Shown here: positions 23,876 through 37,411 of the stretch, piece after piece
Position numbering within the stretch: the first letter of the stretch is position 1
Layout: each line of letters opens with the position of its first letter
Assembly: GCA_030141605.1 (NCBI GenBank)
Contig: JAQGDQ010000219.1
Span: forward strand, 248,001 to 312,000
Reading direction: 5' to 3'
Origin: Tubiluchus corallicola
Taxonomy: Eukaryota > Animalia > Priapulida
DNA: 64,000 bases
Made by a program: the position numbers and the translations under genes
Notes under the pieces: generated by a model
What the model was told of the DNA's origin: nothing
Databases searched by the model: none
The model's input: only the letters and a program-made list of their open reading frames with translations

Positions 23876-24948
23876 CAGGCAGGTAGGTAGGCAGGCAAGC
23901 AGGCAGGTAGGTATAGGTAGGTAGGTGAGCAGATAGTTAAGCAAGGAGTTTGAACTGATAGTGTCCCCTGCAAAAATATTTTAGCAGTTGTGTTGCTTAA
24001 AGTGCCCTTAGACCAGGAATCACTGCTCAAGTTCACACCATCCCCACTATTCAAATGCCCACTGCCCAAACGACCGCGATAAGAATGAGCCATCGTTGTT
24101 TTCAGCGGCGTACAGTCTATGATTGTTCCTGCAATAGGCTATTTACATACTAGCTTCGCCACTCTAAACTACAAGTGACTTTTGTTCTACAAAAAAATCC
24201 ATGGTTGTTTACGTATTATAATTTAACACTATCATTTGTCGTCATCCATTAAACGCCGATGTTTTTTTGGGGGGGGGGGATTTTAACGTGTTAAACTGCA
24301 GTTATTATTTTCGGTTTGTAATCCCTTGGCTGCCATCTGACAACATTTAACAGAAAACTCTTAATGAATCTTCTACACGATTCACCAACAATATTTGTAG
24401 CAACGAGAATGGTGAAAGTGGCACCGAACAGCAGTGATGACAACAAGAAAATGGCTTCTAAATAGCAACAATACCTGTCTTCCGTTTGCCAGTGCGTGCT
24501 TGCAGCAGTGTAGCAGGTTCCTTCCAAAGCCTGATGATTAATTCTTGTTGCACGCTTTGCTGTTGATAGCAAGTTAATCCTATTAGTTAGTAAATGAATT
24601 TAATCATCGAATCAATCGAATATCAAATCTAATTAGTTCTGCAGTATATGCCAAATGTCCTGCGAAATCGCGTTCTTGACTCCATTCAACTCCGTTGTTC
24701 AAATATGTATGTGTTTATGAGATCGAACTAAGCTTTTTCATTTTGTATGAATGTAAGTACACGCAAATATGTATATGAATTGACAAGTTTAGTATTAATC
24801 AAATTTACTAAGCGTTTCTGGTTTCATTGATTGGACGATATATCATTTTACTTCAACGCTGAAAATTCAGTTTGAAATTTCATTTTCAATTTTGGCGATG
24901 GTTCGCCTGTTTTCTATAATAGGAACAAAAACACCACAAGAGCACTCT

Positions 24949-25172
24949 TAAGTAGCCTTTAAGTAGTATCCGGATGCGTATGCGGATGCTTCCTATTACG
25001 GAACAGCGTGCGGAATAGCCTGCAGAAAAAATCAATAGGAACAGCTGCAGAGAAAGAATAACACAGGCTGCATAAACGGTAACGGGTGCATTGAAAACAA
25101 TATAAACCGATTTTATCTATTCTGCACCCCCAAAACGCATCCGCATCATGATGCTACATAAACGCCACTTTA
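24949..25172. mobile_element. degenerate MITE, possibly PIF/Harbinger-type
   Basis: Imperfect ~35-bp TIRs taagtagcctttaagtagtatc..atgcggatgc and gcatccgcatcatgatgctacataaacgccacttta, with TAA/TTA at the ends. Confidence 0.5.
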
Positions 25173-25374
25173 ACATGGTTTAGAAACAAGATCATTTGCA
25201 AGTGGATTTTAGAAAACAGCTCGACAATATTAAATTGATAAATGCTGAAGAATTTTATTGCTATAACTATTACTATATCTTGTGAACAAAGATTTCAGGA
25301 ATCGCCTTACGTATCTATAACATCACACTTAACGTTATTAGTCACCATCGCACTACCACTATACCATCCTCTAT

Positions 25375-25895
25375 AACAAGACTGAACAGGAGACTATAAC
25401 TAGGAGGAATTGAATGACAATTAAAACTGACTGATAATCCATGGTCCTTGGCCCTTTAACTGAGGTCATTGTTCACCATACCATTTTTAAGGTCCTTCGT
25501 CCAGGTGTCTAATCTATTAATTTCGTGACTGTAGCCTTCTTCACTTGTGAGTTAACATGAATTAAAACTGGATGACCTAATTTTCACATTTTGGCTCCTG
25601 TCTTGAGCCGCTAAGCAATCCCAGCTTTTTAAATGGCCAAGTACACATCTACTTCACATATTGCATAAATACTTGTAAAAAGATCGATCAAAACCCTAGG
25701 AGGAATTGAACGGCAGTCGAAAGACTGACCAATGTCCTGCGTCCTTGGACCTTTGACCCAGGTCACACTTCACCATACTACTTTCAAACCCCATATCCAG
25801 GCATTTGCAAGGCCCTTATCCTACACACACTGCGACTCTAGCTTTCTGCGTTTGCGAGTTAACATGAATTGAAAAGCAGAAAACTGGATACCTAA
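25375..25895 (+). repeat. two diverged tandem copies (~297-bp period) of a HINE-like unit
   Basis: ctaggaggaattgaa...gtccttgg(c/a)cctt...aggtca..ttcaccatac...gagttaacatgaatt occurs at ~25399 and ~25696. Confidence 0.65.
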
Positions 25896-27409
25896 CATAA
25901 TGAAATGAAATGACGATGAAGTAATTTTGAGAAATGAATTGATGATGAAAAAATTTTGGGACGCCCAGTTTTTTATTACTGTTTTGCATATCCTTTAAAA
26001 AGTGTATCGCTTAATTGTTTACTACAATACAACGCAAATAAAATAGATCAGTAAGAAGACAGTCGAGCGTTTTGGCGGGTAAGTAATTTTGCCAGATCGC
26101 CTCACTTGCAGCGCAAAGTGGAGATTACTTCAACTTCCAGATTTTTTAGTGTAGGAGAAACGCATCCACTTTTCGAGCGAACAGCCGTGATTCAATGCTG
26201 AGCAAGGCATTTCTTTTTTAATGCTTCTAATTCTTTAGCATAGGTGATACATCGTAGTTTATGTGCAGACACGGGCATGCGCAGTGAACACATCGGAAAT
26301 TCTATCGCTTGGAAAATTAGGAGGTAAAGCCGAAACCAAGTGGCTCTATGAACTGCGGGGTCCTCAGTTAAAAAAAATCAGCAGGTTCTCCTAGAGTCGC
26401 GACGCTAGCGCTCGCGGATGTCATGCGGAAGCTTCAAGTAATGCAGCATAAGATCTGTTTTTTATTTATTACTGAATTATGCATCTAAATTGTATTATCA
26501 TTAACTATCTCACTCATTAGAAACGGACGAACATTTTACACAATCCATTCAATTTCTCTGCAAAATAAGTTTTGAAAAATCTTGAAAATACAATTTTCAA
26601 TTTATTGAAGAGAGCTGATTGACGAAAAGCAAGTTCACGATTTTAACCCGTAGTTCGTGCAGTAGTATTTCCAAGAAAAGTTTATTGAATTCTTGCAACT
26701 CAAGGCGTGCGTTAGCTATAAGACGTATCGAACGAAATTCGTTTTGCGAAAAGAAAGGCACGTGTATTGCGATATTGACTTTTTTCATAAATTATGTAGA
26801 ATATTGTTATTGTGCAATACTTATACAGACGTATGACATTTTAATGCCTGGTACAGCTTGTGGTAAGTATATGTACATTTGTAGTGCTTCGCGATCTGAT
26901 GTGAATAGAACGTTTGTATAGCTTAATCAGATAAAGTTGTCGCCGAAGCTTGTCCATTACAGCAAGTGGAAAGCCTATTACAACAGACTAAAGACTATTG
27001 CTCAGCTCTTTTACAGCGAAACGCATCTTTTTGTTCGGGAAGTCAAAGTGAGAATCAGTTCCTGGGGTGCTGTCCATGTGGCATCCCATTGAGTTATTGA
27101 TCAATTCTCGAGGATGAATAACGGACTTTAAGTTTTTGGTGTATCAGATGTCAGAAGGGTTCGAACTGTGCAATCTGCTAACTGTATAATGATATGGAAC
27201 TCCACATTTTTATGAATGTCCGAGGTAGTAACTGATGTTTCATTAAAAGTTAATTGATATGTTAACTATTTTATCCTCGTTTAATGCGCGGGTAAAGTGC
27301 ATTAGTGAAAAGTGAAAGTAATAGTGAATATTGCTTAATTTTAAATATACTTTGCAATTTTGGTAAAATTAAACAGAAAGTTACCCTTTAAATAGTTCTT
27401 TAATTTAAT

Positions 27410-27525
27410 CTAACCTAGTCTAATTTAGCTTAGTCATATCAAATTAAGTCAAATATAGTCTAGTCTATCCTAGTTCAGTCTAATCTAGTACACATAAACT
27501 AGTTTAGTTCAGCCTAGTTCAACTT
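27410..27525. repeat. degenerate pentanucleotide (TAGTC/TAGTT-like) repeat
   Basis: Seen directly. Confidence 0.6.
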
Positions 27526-28699
27526 AACCGACTATGATGCTGTACGCTGTAGGCCTAAAAATTAACTACATAGCCTCCAACATGTTAATAAGCTGCTTGA
27601 CATAGAGCTTGGGCAATTTATTTTAAGAAAACAAAACTTTACTTATACGCACAGTTTTGTTTACCGGTTTGTGTTGATCGCTTAGCTCCAAAGCAATTTG
27701 TTTTCAGAGCGCAACATCGATAGCTTTTACCTAAGCTCGTTTATTTTAGGCAAAGGTTAATGAAGTCTCTGACTAATAGAAGCCTCAATAACCACTAGCG
27801 ACTGTGCGTTGTATTCCCTACCCGTCAACGCATAAATCATAATTTCGCATTTCTATCCATTGTGCTGAAAATTTGTCAAAGAAATTTGTGAGGCATTTTG
27901 CAGTCAATACATAAAGAAAGCCGCAATGCATTAGTTAACCAAACTACAAATTATATTCATAATGGAGGGCTATTAAGTGCAAAAATATTGGTAACTTTTA
28001 CGAAGTTTGATCAACACCACAACAGTGTCAGTTTTCAGATTTTATTGCAAATGTGTTAGTTGCCGGGTAAGTTGCGTATTTACAGGCTTTTATTATTCAA
28101 ATGCAAACCCTGTCTTCTTCTTCAATACAGTACAAATATAGCACAATAGAATTAGAATTAGATAAAAGGAATGATGTCATTAATTTCAAGCCTCTCTGTT
28201 AAGTTTAAAAATGTACAAAAATTCTATTATGAAATGTGTACATTTTTGGTTTTAATAAAACATAGTTGAACAAATAAGGTATTCTCAATTGTTGAGCTGC
28301 TTGTGCTGCTATCGCAAAGTTCTACGATATCTTTTCGACTAACGTACAGAACTAATCTGTTCTTAGCAAGTTTCCCCACACTACTGATATTACATAATTC
28401 GCTTAGGCTTCGCTTTATGGATACTCATTACAGTGGAACTAAGACACTGATTGAGGATTAATTCCAACGCAGATTGAGCACGGATTGTCCGGATTTTTCA
28501 ACTGTAATATTATTAACATTATCCTGGAAAAATATCTACTGCCACATGTACCTCAGTAATAAATGTTTACTTTTTCTAAGGAAAGTTTATTTCGAACATC
28601 TTTTTAGTGAAAAGGCCTATTTATTTAGCTTATATAAGACTTCCGATAAGCGCAACGTCAAATTTAAAACACTTTTGGCATATTTTGGACGCAGCTATA

Positions 28700-30200
28700 T
28701 GCATACACATAAACACATTTATGTCTAGACATGATATCCTATCAAAACATCAGTTTGGATTCAGGCAAAAACGTTCTACTATAGACGATATTATGCATGC
28801 AACAGAAAACTGGAGGGGCAAAGTAGGTGAAAATAAATTTGTTGTAGCAGCATTTCTAGATTTAGCCAAAGCTTTCGATAGTATTAATCATGATCTACTC
28901 TTAGAAAACTTAAAACAAATAGGATTTGACAAGATTTCCTTTAAGCTCATTCACAACTACCTTCAAAATAGAAAACGGCGTGTAAAATCAAATCAAACTG
29001 CACATCCAAATTGGAATAACATGTACCAGGGTGTGCCACAAGGTGCACTACTAGGGCCTTTATTATTTTGTTCATATGTCAACAGCATTTCAAAAGTGCT
29101 AGGTTACTCAGACATTGCACAGTATGCAGACGACACCACAATTTATTTAGCTCAAGACAACATACAGGTTGCAAAACAATATTTAGAAAATGACACACAA
29201 AACATCAACATGGTACTTAGTTACTACAAACTAAAAATAAATAAGAGTAAACCCAATTTATGATATTATCTCCCACTAGCCATATTAACATCAGTAATAT
29301 TAAAAATTAATAAAGAAACTATAGAACAAGTCCAATTTGTAAAATTTTTGGAAAACAGTATAGACAACAATTTGTCATGGGATGAACAATTTGAGAACAG
29401 CTATACAAAAACAGCAGCCAGCACTTCATATTTACAAGAAGAAGCCAAAAAGTACTAATATACAAAACACTAGTAGTATCATATTTTCTATATGGCTGTG
29501 CACTCTTCCAAAAAACCAAAAAAAGAAAATTTTGTAAAAATAAAAATGTTACAAAACTATGTGCTAAAATTAATATCAGGTTTGTCACACAAATCATCAA
29601 TACAAACAAAACACGAGAACACATATTCTGTAACTAACTTAAGAAACAAACTAAAAATCCAAATCATAGAAGCTTATAAATATTATCATACATTATTATT
29701 CATTTTCAAATACATAAACAATTTAAGTATTCCATTCAAAAGTAACAAATTAGCGCTAATCAAAAATCCTGAATTAAACGCCAGCACATTTAATTTGAAA
29801 CAAGCCAGAATAAACAATCACTTTGGAAATAATTAAATAGCAAAAAACGCTGTCTAGCTCTGCAATTCAATGCCACTCGAAATCAAACATATTAAATCAC
29901 TAACCGCATTCAAAACCAAAATAAAAACATTAATGATGTGAAGATTTAAGTATCCAACTTTCACACTAATGCAGAATTCATTTACTCCAGCCCATACTAA
30001 ACGACTTATTTTTGCTGATAGTCGGTTTGTTAATATGTAAATTATGTAAAGTTTAAGTTTGAAGTTATATTTTATTTTTGCACCTGTAGTTTAGATTTTG
30101 CACTGACGCTTTTGCCTCCAACAGTGTACGTTTTACAACTTAATATTTTGTTATGATTCTCAATATTATTATGGCAAATAAAGGTATTACTTACTTACTT
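28700..30200 (+). mobile_element. 5'-truncated, decayed LINE (CR1/L2-group) reverse transcriptase with 3' tail
   Basis: RT motifs QFGFR, FLDLAKAFDSINH, GVPQG-LLGPLLF and YADD, with thumb-region remnants broken by frameshifts and stops. The strand is A-rich and ends in AATAAA plus a (TTAC)n tail at ~30177-30200. Confidence 0.9.
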
Positions 30201-33052
30201 CTCACCTAGTGCTTAGCACTGACTGAATGATTTTTTGCCCCGATCCAGTTCACTGTAAGCCAGACGGACCCACTCACGCATTTACATGGCTTACTGATAA
30301 ATGTTTCTGTGTGTATATCTGTCACGTAGCTCGTTACTATTGATCATCCTTTAAGATGAGTTACTGAATCGCAAAGGAAATACTGAAGATGAGTGAAGTG
30401 GTCTTCACTAAAGTGAACGCTCTTGAAATTAGAAATCAGTGCTTACTGTTTTGTTATGGCCTTATTTTAAAGGCCATGTTTTTTTATAAGAGTGCCATTA
30501 GTTGTATAAATGTATAGGTCAGTGTACTAGTATGTTGACATGTATATTCGTCAGCATTTTGCAAACGTACTAGCATTTGATACAGTTTCGCATAACCTTT
30601 ATTTTTACAGGTTTTTTAGTTCATGGCAATGTATTTCCATCTGCTTTATTTACTTATTTTTGTCTGTTCGTCACTCTGCAATTTGAATTCAGCACTTAAT
30701 GACAGGCCTACTCAACATAGATGGTTAGTTGGTAATGGGGGAATGTAACTCATTATCACTCTGGCTTAAGTGTCTTAAGTGTTTGAAGATGTGAAACCTT
30801 TATCAAGTATAATTCTGCAAAAGATGAAAATGGAGGCGGGAGAGGTTTCTCAGCCATGTTCAGAGGGTAATACGTTTTTCATAAGTAAGGTAAACAGATG
30901 AGCCAGAATCGGTTTGTGGACAAAATTGCCTTAAAATACACAGAGCGTGTATTGAACCCAGTAGTCACTCATACATTCACTGACCAGCCGTGTTGTTGCT
31001 TAATTTTGGTCGCAAAACTTAGTCGTAACCACTCGGCTATTCACTTCCGATTTGCATTTTAAATTTTAGTATCTGTGTAAGTGAGGTGCGTGAGTCTTTT
31101 ATCCATGATCTACTTCATGTATTTTTTCTGTGTAAACGCTTATAAAGATGATTTAATAAATATAGGACTGTATAGACTTGTATGGCTAGACGAGAATTAT
31201 AAGGCAGGGGCATATAAAAGCCACACAATTAACCTTTAGGTATCGCGTATACTTATTATAAAATCACGTCTTACTAATGTATCCCCTCAAACCTTGCATT
31301 AGCATTCGTACCAATAACTCCTTTGAACTGCTGTGCGTCATTGGGAGGTGACATTAATTGAATATCGAACGTGCGGCTTGCAATGCACGTGGGCTGCCTA
31401 TAATTATGGACTTATTATCGGTCATAATTCGAGAGAGAAAGAGCGAGGGAGACGGATTCAAGCATGCGTGTAATTGTAATTTTGATGCAATGTTGAATCC
31501 AGTCTCACTGCACCACAACCTTATCATTGCAAGTATAACGATACAGTGTTACGGTTTGTCTAGGTTACTGTTTTCTTTAAGTGAAGAACAATCCCGGCGG
31601 AACAAGCATAGCTGTTGGTGACAAAAATACTTTATTCCAAGAGTACAAGACTTTAGTTCATTTTTACAAAAACTTTTAATTGATAGTTAATTTACGAAAA
31701 AGTTACGAAAAGACACAAGCTCAAGTGAGCTTGAACATCCCTGAATGCAATAGCATAGTACACCCTCAAGGCTGAATCGATGACAAATTATCCACAAGAT
31801 AAGAACAAGAACAACTATGCAAGTAAATTTATATTAGACATTCGGATATAGTCTTATATAATAACCTTAGAAACGACTTGCTACCCATATTACTCAACAT
31901 TAAGCTAATGCAAAACAAGTAATCAAAATTTGTAGAACAGGCAATAAGAGCAACCGTTGTTGTTAAAATAGAAACAGTTTATGATACTGAAAGAAAGTTT
32001 CCTTCAAACACTTGTAATTCTTCCTTGGGAATAACATATTTTTCAGTTCATGATCTGAGAGTCCGAATAATTAGCAGAGTGCCATTATAATTATGTAGCA
32101 CAGCAGTGTGAGTTTAACAAAATGATGAGATTTTATGATACAAGAAAATATTAAATTTTACTAATGGAGAATTGTATGCATATGAGGGCCTTAGCTTTGT
32201 ACCATGCGTTCATCAATTATTACTGCTCATTTAGACGTAATCATGTATTCAGTGGAATTAATGCAGAGGCAAACAGTAGTTTTGTATCTCTGATAATGCG
32301 ATTATATCCTATCATCTGCTTTCTGTGGATTTGCTTTTTCTAAAGCTAGGGACAAGATTGTTCTATGGCGATTACTGCCTAATTGATGAGATATTTTTTA
32401 TCTCTATATAAGTGTTTAGGTGGATGATTCTAAACAAAATTCAAACGTTGATAACTTGAGATTTACAGCCGGCGAAATACTTTTTTATAAATTAGAACTT
32501 TGTGAACATTTATTTGGTAATCAGTAATTATTTTTAATTTCATATGCAAGGTGACTGGCATCCATTAAGTAAAGGTTACATTGTGTGGTTAAAGACAGTT
32601 GAACAGTTGGAAAGTTTCCAGCATAACTAAGCCATTCTGGATGTACACCATTCCCTTTCGAAAAAAAACTGTCGTGGTTACAATGACCATTAGTTTTTCA
32701 AGTTTAGTCCTTGTTAGCCATTTTAGTTTTACAATACACAACGCCACAAAATAATACAATATCGTTTTGCTTAGACCCAAAGGAGTGTTAGTGATCTATT
32801 ACTTATCTTAATAAACAGAAATGCAAATTGTAAATACAGTGTGATGTAAATATAAACGTAAATGTAAATGTTGTATAAGCTGATATAATTTTATGTCAAC
32901 ATCATCAATGCCGTTCTAAATCGCGATAAGAATTTTTATGTAGCCTAGATGTAGATGTTAGCATAAATGGAGCTGTGGCTTTCATTGCAGGATGTTGATA
33001 TGTTGCATCGCAGTCTACCGGTGATGTGAGGACTGTAAGTGACACAAGGCTC

Positions 33053-36000
33053 ATGTCATGGCGAGCAAGCTGCATCGTCAGCAGCATGCCCGTGGCTGAC
33101 GGTCCAGCAAGAACCAGAAACATTCTCACCAGCAAATGGGGTGGTAAGACATCTAAGAACAATGCTGCTAACCTTAACAGCGGGGCTAACCAAAACCAGA
33201 ACAATGCAGTTAACCAGACGAATGCTGAAAATCGGAATCAGCACAGTGCAACAGTTAACCAGATCCGAAACAATGCTGATCACCAAAACAATGTCAAAGA
33301 TTCACCAGAGACGAGAGGGAGTGAGCCAACCCTCCGTCACAGCAAAGAGAACGACGCCCCGGAAAATCAGCAGTTACGCCGCCGCAAGTTGACGGCATAT
33401 GAACGGGTGTCGTTTGATTTGACCAACGACCAGCGGTGTATAAAGGAAGTCTCATTGGGGAAAAGGATCGGGTTCTACCGATTTCGGGGCGATTTAGGAT
33501 CTGGAAATTTCTCGCAGGTGAAGGTGGCAACTCACGTGTTAACAAGAGGTGAGTGTAAATACAACTCTGCCGACTCCACTTATCACAGAATGAGAGAAAT
33601 CTTTGGCTTAAATATTACAAAAGATTAAGCTAACCAGGAATATATTACACTAGTAAATGCAATAGTTATGCGCTTTATTCATAGTAAGTGTAACGGACGC
33701 GACAGTCTTTACTAGTAATATTAAATACAGTGTAAAAACTTTATTTCATAGAGAAACTACTACAGAGAAAATTCACGTGCCTTCCTCTTTATTTAAGCAG
33801 CCTTTATGTGCCAGAAATAAATTTATAATGCTAGTTTTTATTGTTACTAGCTACAACATTTCAACACTTGATATAATTAGATAAACCGCCGTGTGATTTT
33901 ACATTCATTACTTAATTTGTGTACGTTGAATGAAATATTTTTCTTATTCAAATATTTCATCGTTTTTTTCTTTTGAGCATGCCGTCGTGGCTCATGTCAA
34001 ATTTTAGACGACTCACAACAAAGTTTTAATTTTTTCAACAATGTTGTAAAAACTAGTTAGACATGGCAAGTCTGCTTGGTGCATGAAAGTTTTATTATTA
34101 TAAGAGCTATAAATTGTGCTTACCTACGCCCTTTTATCAAAATAATAAGCAAGTAAATTGACTAAATTCCTAAAATTGCTCTGAAAGCCGCAGTGCAGGC
34201 GTACACAGTGTTTAGTGTTTACCTGGTTCTGAAAGCTTTCTCCCCATAAGTAAGTGCTCATTGCCTTATTGTCAGTGCGGCGAGTTAACACGCAAAATCA
34301 ATAAACTCGCTATAAAATTCAGTCTAACTGAATATTCTGCACAACTGTAAATCACTAGCAAAAACCAATAAACTTAATGAATCATGAAATAATTTTTACG
34401 CAGGTAGTCATAACTAGGGAATTTAAATGACAGGATTGATTCCTTCGTTAAGCCTGGCTGATTTGAACCTTTTAAACTGAAAACTAGATCAAGTCTGCAG
34501 AAGGTATAGAGCCGGTCTTTCATTCATAAGAAAGTCCTAATTAACCCTTATAGGGTGAATAGGGAAATTTACCATGATTCGCCAGTGATTAGGCTTTAGT
34601 GTAATAAAATGCATTAATCAAGTAGCCTGATTGGATTCACCTTTAATAGGGTGTAATTTGGGAATGTAATTTACTGGCATCACTAGAAGCTTATCCATGT
34701 AGTGTTATTACTTGGTTGCCATTTAAAAGTAATTAGGCGCAGTAAACCCTAACAGACCTAGTTGGCAATCTAATTTTTATAGTTAGGAATTGATGACAGT
34801 ATAATAAAAAGTCCGTGACAGCTATGACAAACACAATAGTTGTAAAGTTACCACGTGACTACTCAATGATAGGTTTTCGGCTTCATTCACAAAATACTAC
34901 AGCGAGTTCTTGCCTACCTTATTTTACATTTACAGCAGCTCGTGACATAACTGCACTTAATTAACTGTTATTCAGCCTTCGCGACTTTGTAATTGGTCGA
35001 AGGTTTCTTGGTAATGGATAGAGATTACGTTATTATTTTAGTCTAACGATGGTGTCATCATCTTCCATAAAAACTCGTGAACATGATATGAACATGAACG
35101 TGAACACGTGCGAGTACAGCGCGTGACTTTACAAGCGGCGTCAGCTGATGGGTCATTTTAGAGCTTAGCTTCAGTGCTTAGCTATCACCTTTACTGAGGT
35201 TTTCTCAGCATTTTTCCAATGTTTGTCATTCCGATTCAGCATTAGACAAGCTCTTACAGTATCCAGCTTTTTTGTTTTACACTGACATTCAGAATGAAAT
35301 AGAAAACTTTTTGAGATCTATTGTGGCATTTTATTTAGTTGCGAATCATTGAATATCGTTGCGAATAAAACTTTTATTGGGAACATTTCAGATATTGCGT
35401 TTTATTTCTATTTTGCAGAAAAAGTGGCCATTAAGATTCTAGATAAAACTCGCCTGGATCAAAAGACGCAGCGACTACTTTCTAGAGAAATTTCCAACAT
35501 GGAGCGACTGCATCATCCCAATGTTATCAGACTTTATGAAGTGGTAGAGACACTGACAAAACTGTACATAGTCATGGAATATGCTAACGGGGGAGAACTT
35601 TTTCACAAGATACAAAGTAGTGGAAAGCTAGCTGAACCTGAAGCGGCTCATTTGTATGCTCAAATCATCTCTGCAGTTAAACATATTGTGAGTTATAACT
35701 ACATAAAAAAGCTTGTGAAACCAGTACAAAGTTTGTTCATATAACTTAATTGATTTTATATTTCTTGCGTGTTTACTTTCTATTTTTCTTGTTAGAGTTT
35801 GTGTTCACAACTTCTGTTGATATTCGGTCATTTTCTCGCTCACAAATGTCGTGTTTGCCCAATTGCTCTATGGTGATAATAATCTTATTCTGAAGAAAGT
35901 TTGTTACATCGGCTGTGTCCAAATTAAATAAAAACTAAAATTAAAGTAAAAGTAGAAGTAAAAGTAAAAGTAAAAGTAAAAGTAAAAGTAAAAGTAAAAG

Positions 36001-37411
36001 TAAAAGTAAAAGTAAAAGTAAAAGTAAAAGTAAAAGTAAAAGTAAAAGTAAAAGTAAAAGTAAACGTAAACGTAAAAGTAAAAATTTAATATCGCGCTTC
36101 CTGCAAAATTTGTATAATTTAAGCGTTAAAGTGAAAGTTATAAGAGTGAAAGTCATAGCACAGCAGAACGTCTCATGTTGGAATCCATTGGATCCGGGTT
36201 TTCTAATTTAGTATGGCGTTTGTGCGCCATTTGCAAAATACAAATATGACTTACCCACTCGTAATAAAAATTATATTTTGCAAATTTATTCAATTTAGAA
36301 GTAACCAAAGACTATCGTCACTTGTAAACCTAAACCACATACGAAACAAAAGACATGAAGACGCACTTTTATTGTAATAAAGTGCGGAGCTGTGAAAACC
36401 TTAGGTCTATTAAGATTTTCACTGGCAATACAAACTTGTTAGCCTATAGGCCTATATATGGGTTGATCACTTGTAAGGCCCCAGTAGCTCTATGCATTTT
36501 GTCTCAATTGGCTGGTCTAATCACCGGAAGAATGTGATATTGGTCAGAAGTTCAGAACATAATCTTGACTGATAGTGATTTTAACTTACTCAGGAAAAAA
36601 AGTGGCACAAGCCTGGTGGTTTTTCACATTTTGATTTCGTTTTTTACAGCACGAAAACAACATTGTCCACAGAGACATAAAAGCAGAAAATGTCTTTTTC
36701 TACGGTGCTAATCAACAAGTTGTGAAACTTGGTGACTTTGGTTTTAGTACATCTAGTTTATCCACAGAAAAACTAAACACATTTTGCGGTTCACCGCCCT
36801 ATGCAGCACCCGAACTGTTCAAGGACGAAAGCTATCTGGGTAGGTACGTCGATGTCTGGGCGTTAGGTGTGTTACTTTTCTTTATGGTAACTGGGCAGAT
36901 GCCATTTCGGGCGGATACTGTGGGTAAACTAAAGCGGATAATTTTAGAAGGTAGTTATGTTATTCCGTCCTATACGTCTGATAGTTGCCAGTTTGTGATT
37001 AGAAATATCTTGAAGCAGATACCCAGTGATCGTTTGATGTTGGACCAGATAATGATGTCCGACTGGATGACGGGAAATGAGTTTCCGCATCCCCATTCTC
37101 CTTATGATCTCCAGCCGAATTTTGCCAAGCCAAACGCGAGAGAAGAGGAAAAGGAAGTTCACACGGCACTGAAAAATTTTGGCATAACTGACGACCATGT
37201 GAAGGAAGCACACCTGAAAACTTCCCGGAGTAGCGTCACGGGCACATATCGAATCATGCTTCACCGCGCGCAAAAGAAGAACACAGAACTGCTGCCAGAG
37301 ACTGATGATGATGACGACGGCAGTGGTGGCGAAGAAGACAAAACGGCGCGAAAAATTACCAGAGCCGAAAAACAGTTACCCAAGAAGTCAAAGTTATGTA
37401 CCTTGTTATAA
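33053..37411 (+). CDS. NIM1K: serine/threonine kinase NIM1 (AMPK-related), 3 coding exons, ~508 aa
   Basis: Exons 33053-33548, 35419-35687, 36650-37411 (GT-AG, 1527 nt). NIM1-specific segments KLTAYERV...LGKRIGFYR and [20 protein letters not shown]; kinase motifs [21 protein letters not shown] and [16 protein letters not shown]; C-terminal CTLL. An in-frame TGA lies upstream of the ATG. A second possible start is at 33086 (MPVA). Confidence 0.95.
35943..36083. repeat. (GTAAAA)n hexanucleotide microsatellite, NIM1K intron
   Basis: Seen directly. Confidence 0.97.

Larger units (their letters stand above)
22611..24075. mobile_element. foldback/MITE-like element with inverted arms built from a 15-bp unit (GGACATTTGGGCAGT), with nested microsatellite and LINE
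   Basis: Tandem 15-mers at 22620-22872. Reverse-complement copies (actattcaaatgcccactgcccaaacgacc) occur at ~23950-24075. Confidence 0.6.

Noticed and set aside
28607-29836. Active reverse transcriptase or retron-like system
   Set aside because: 5'-truncated with no endonuclease and broken by stops and frameshifts. It is an ordinary dead LINE copy.
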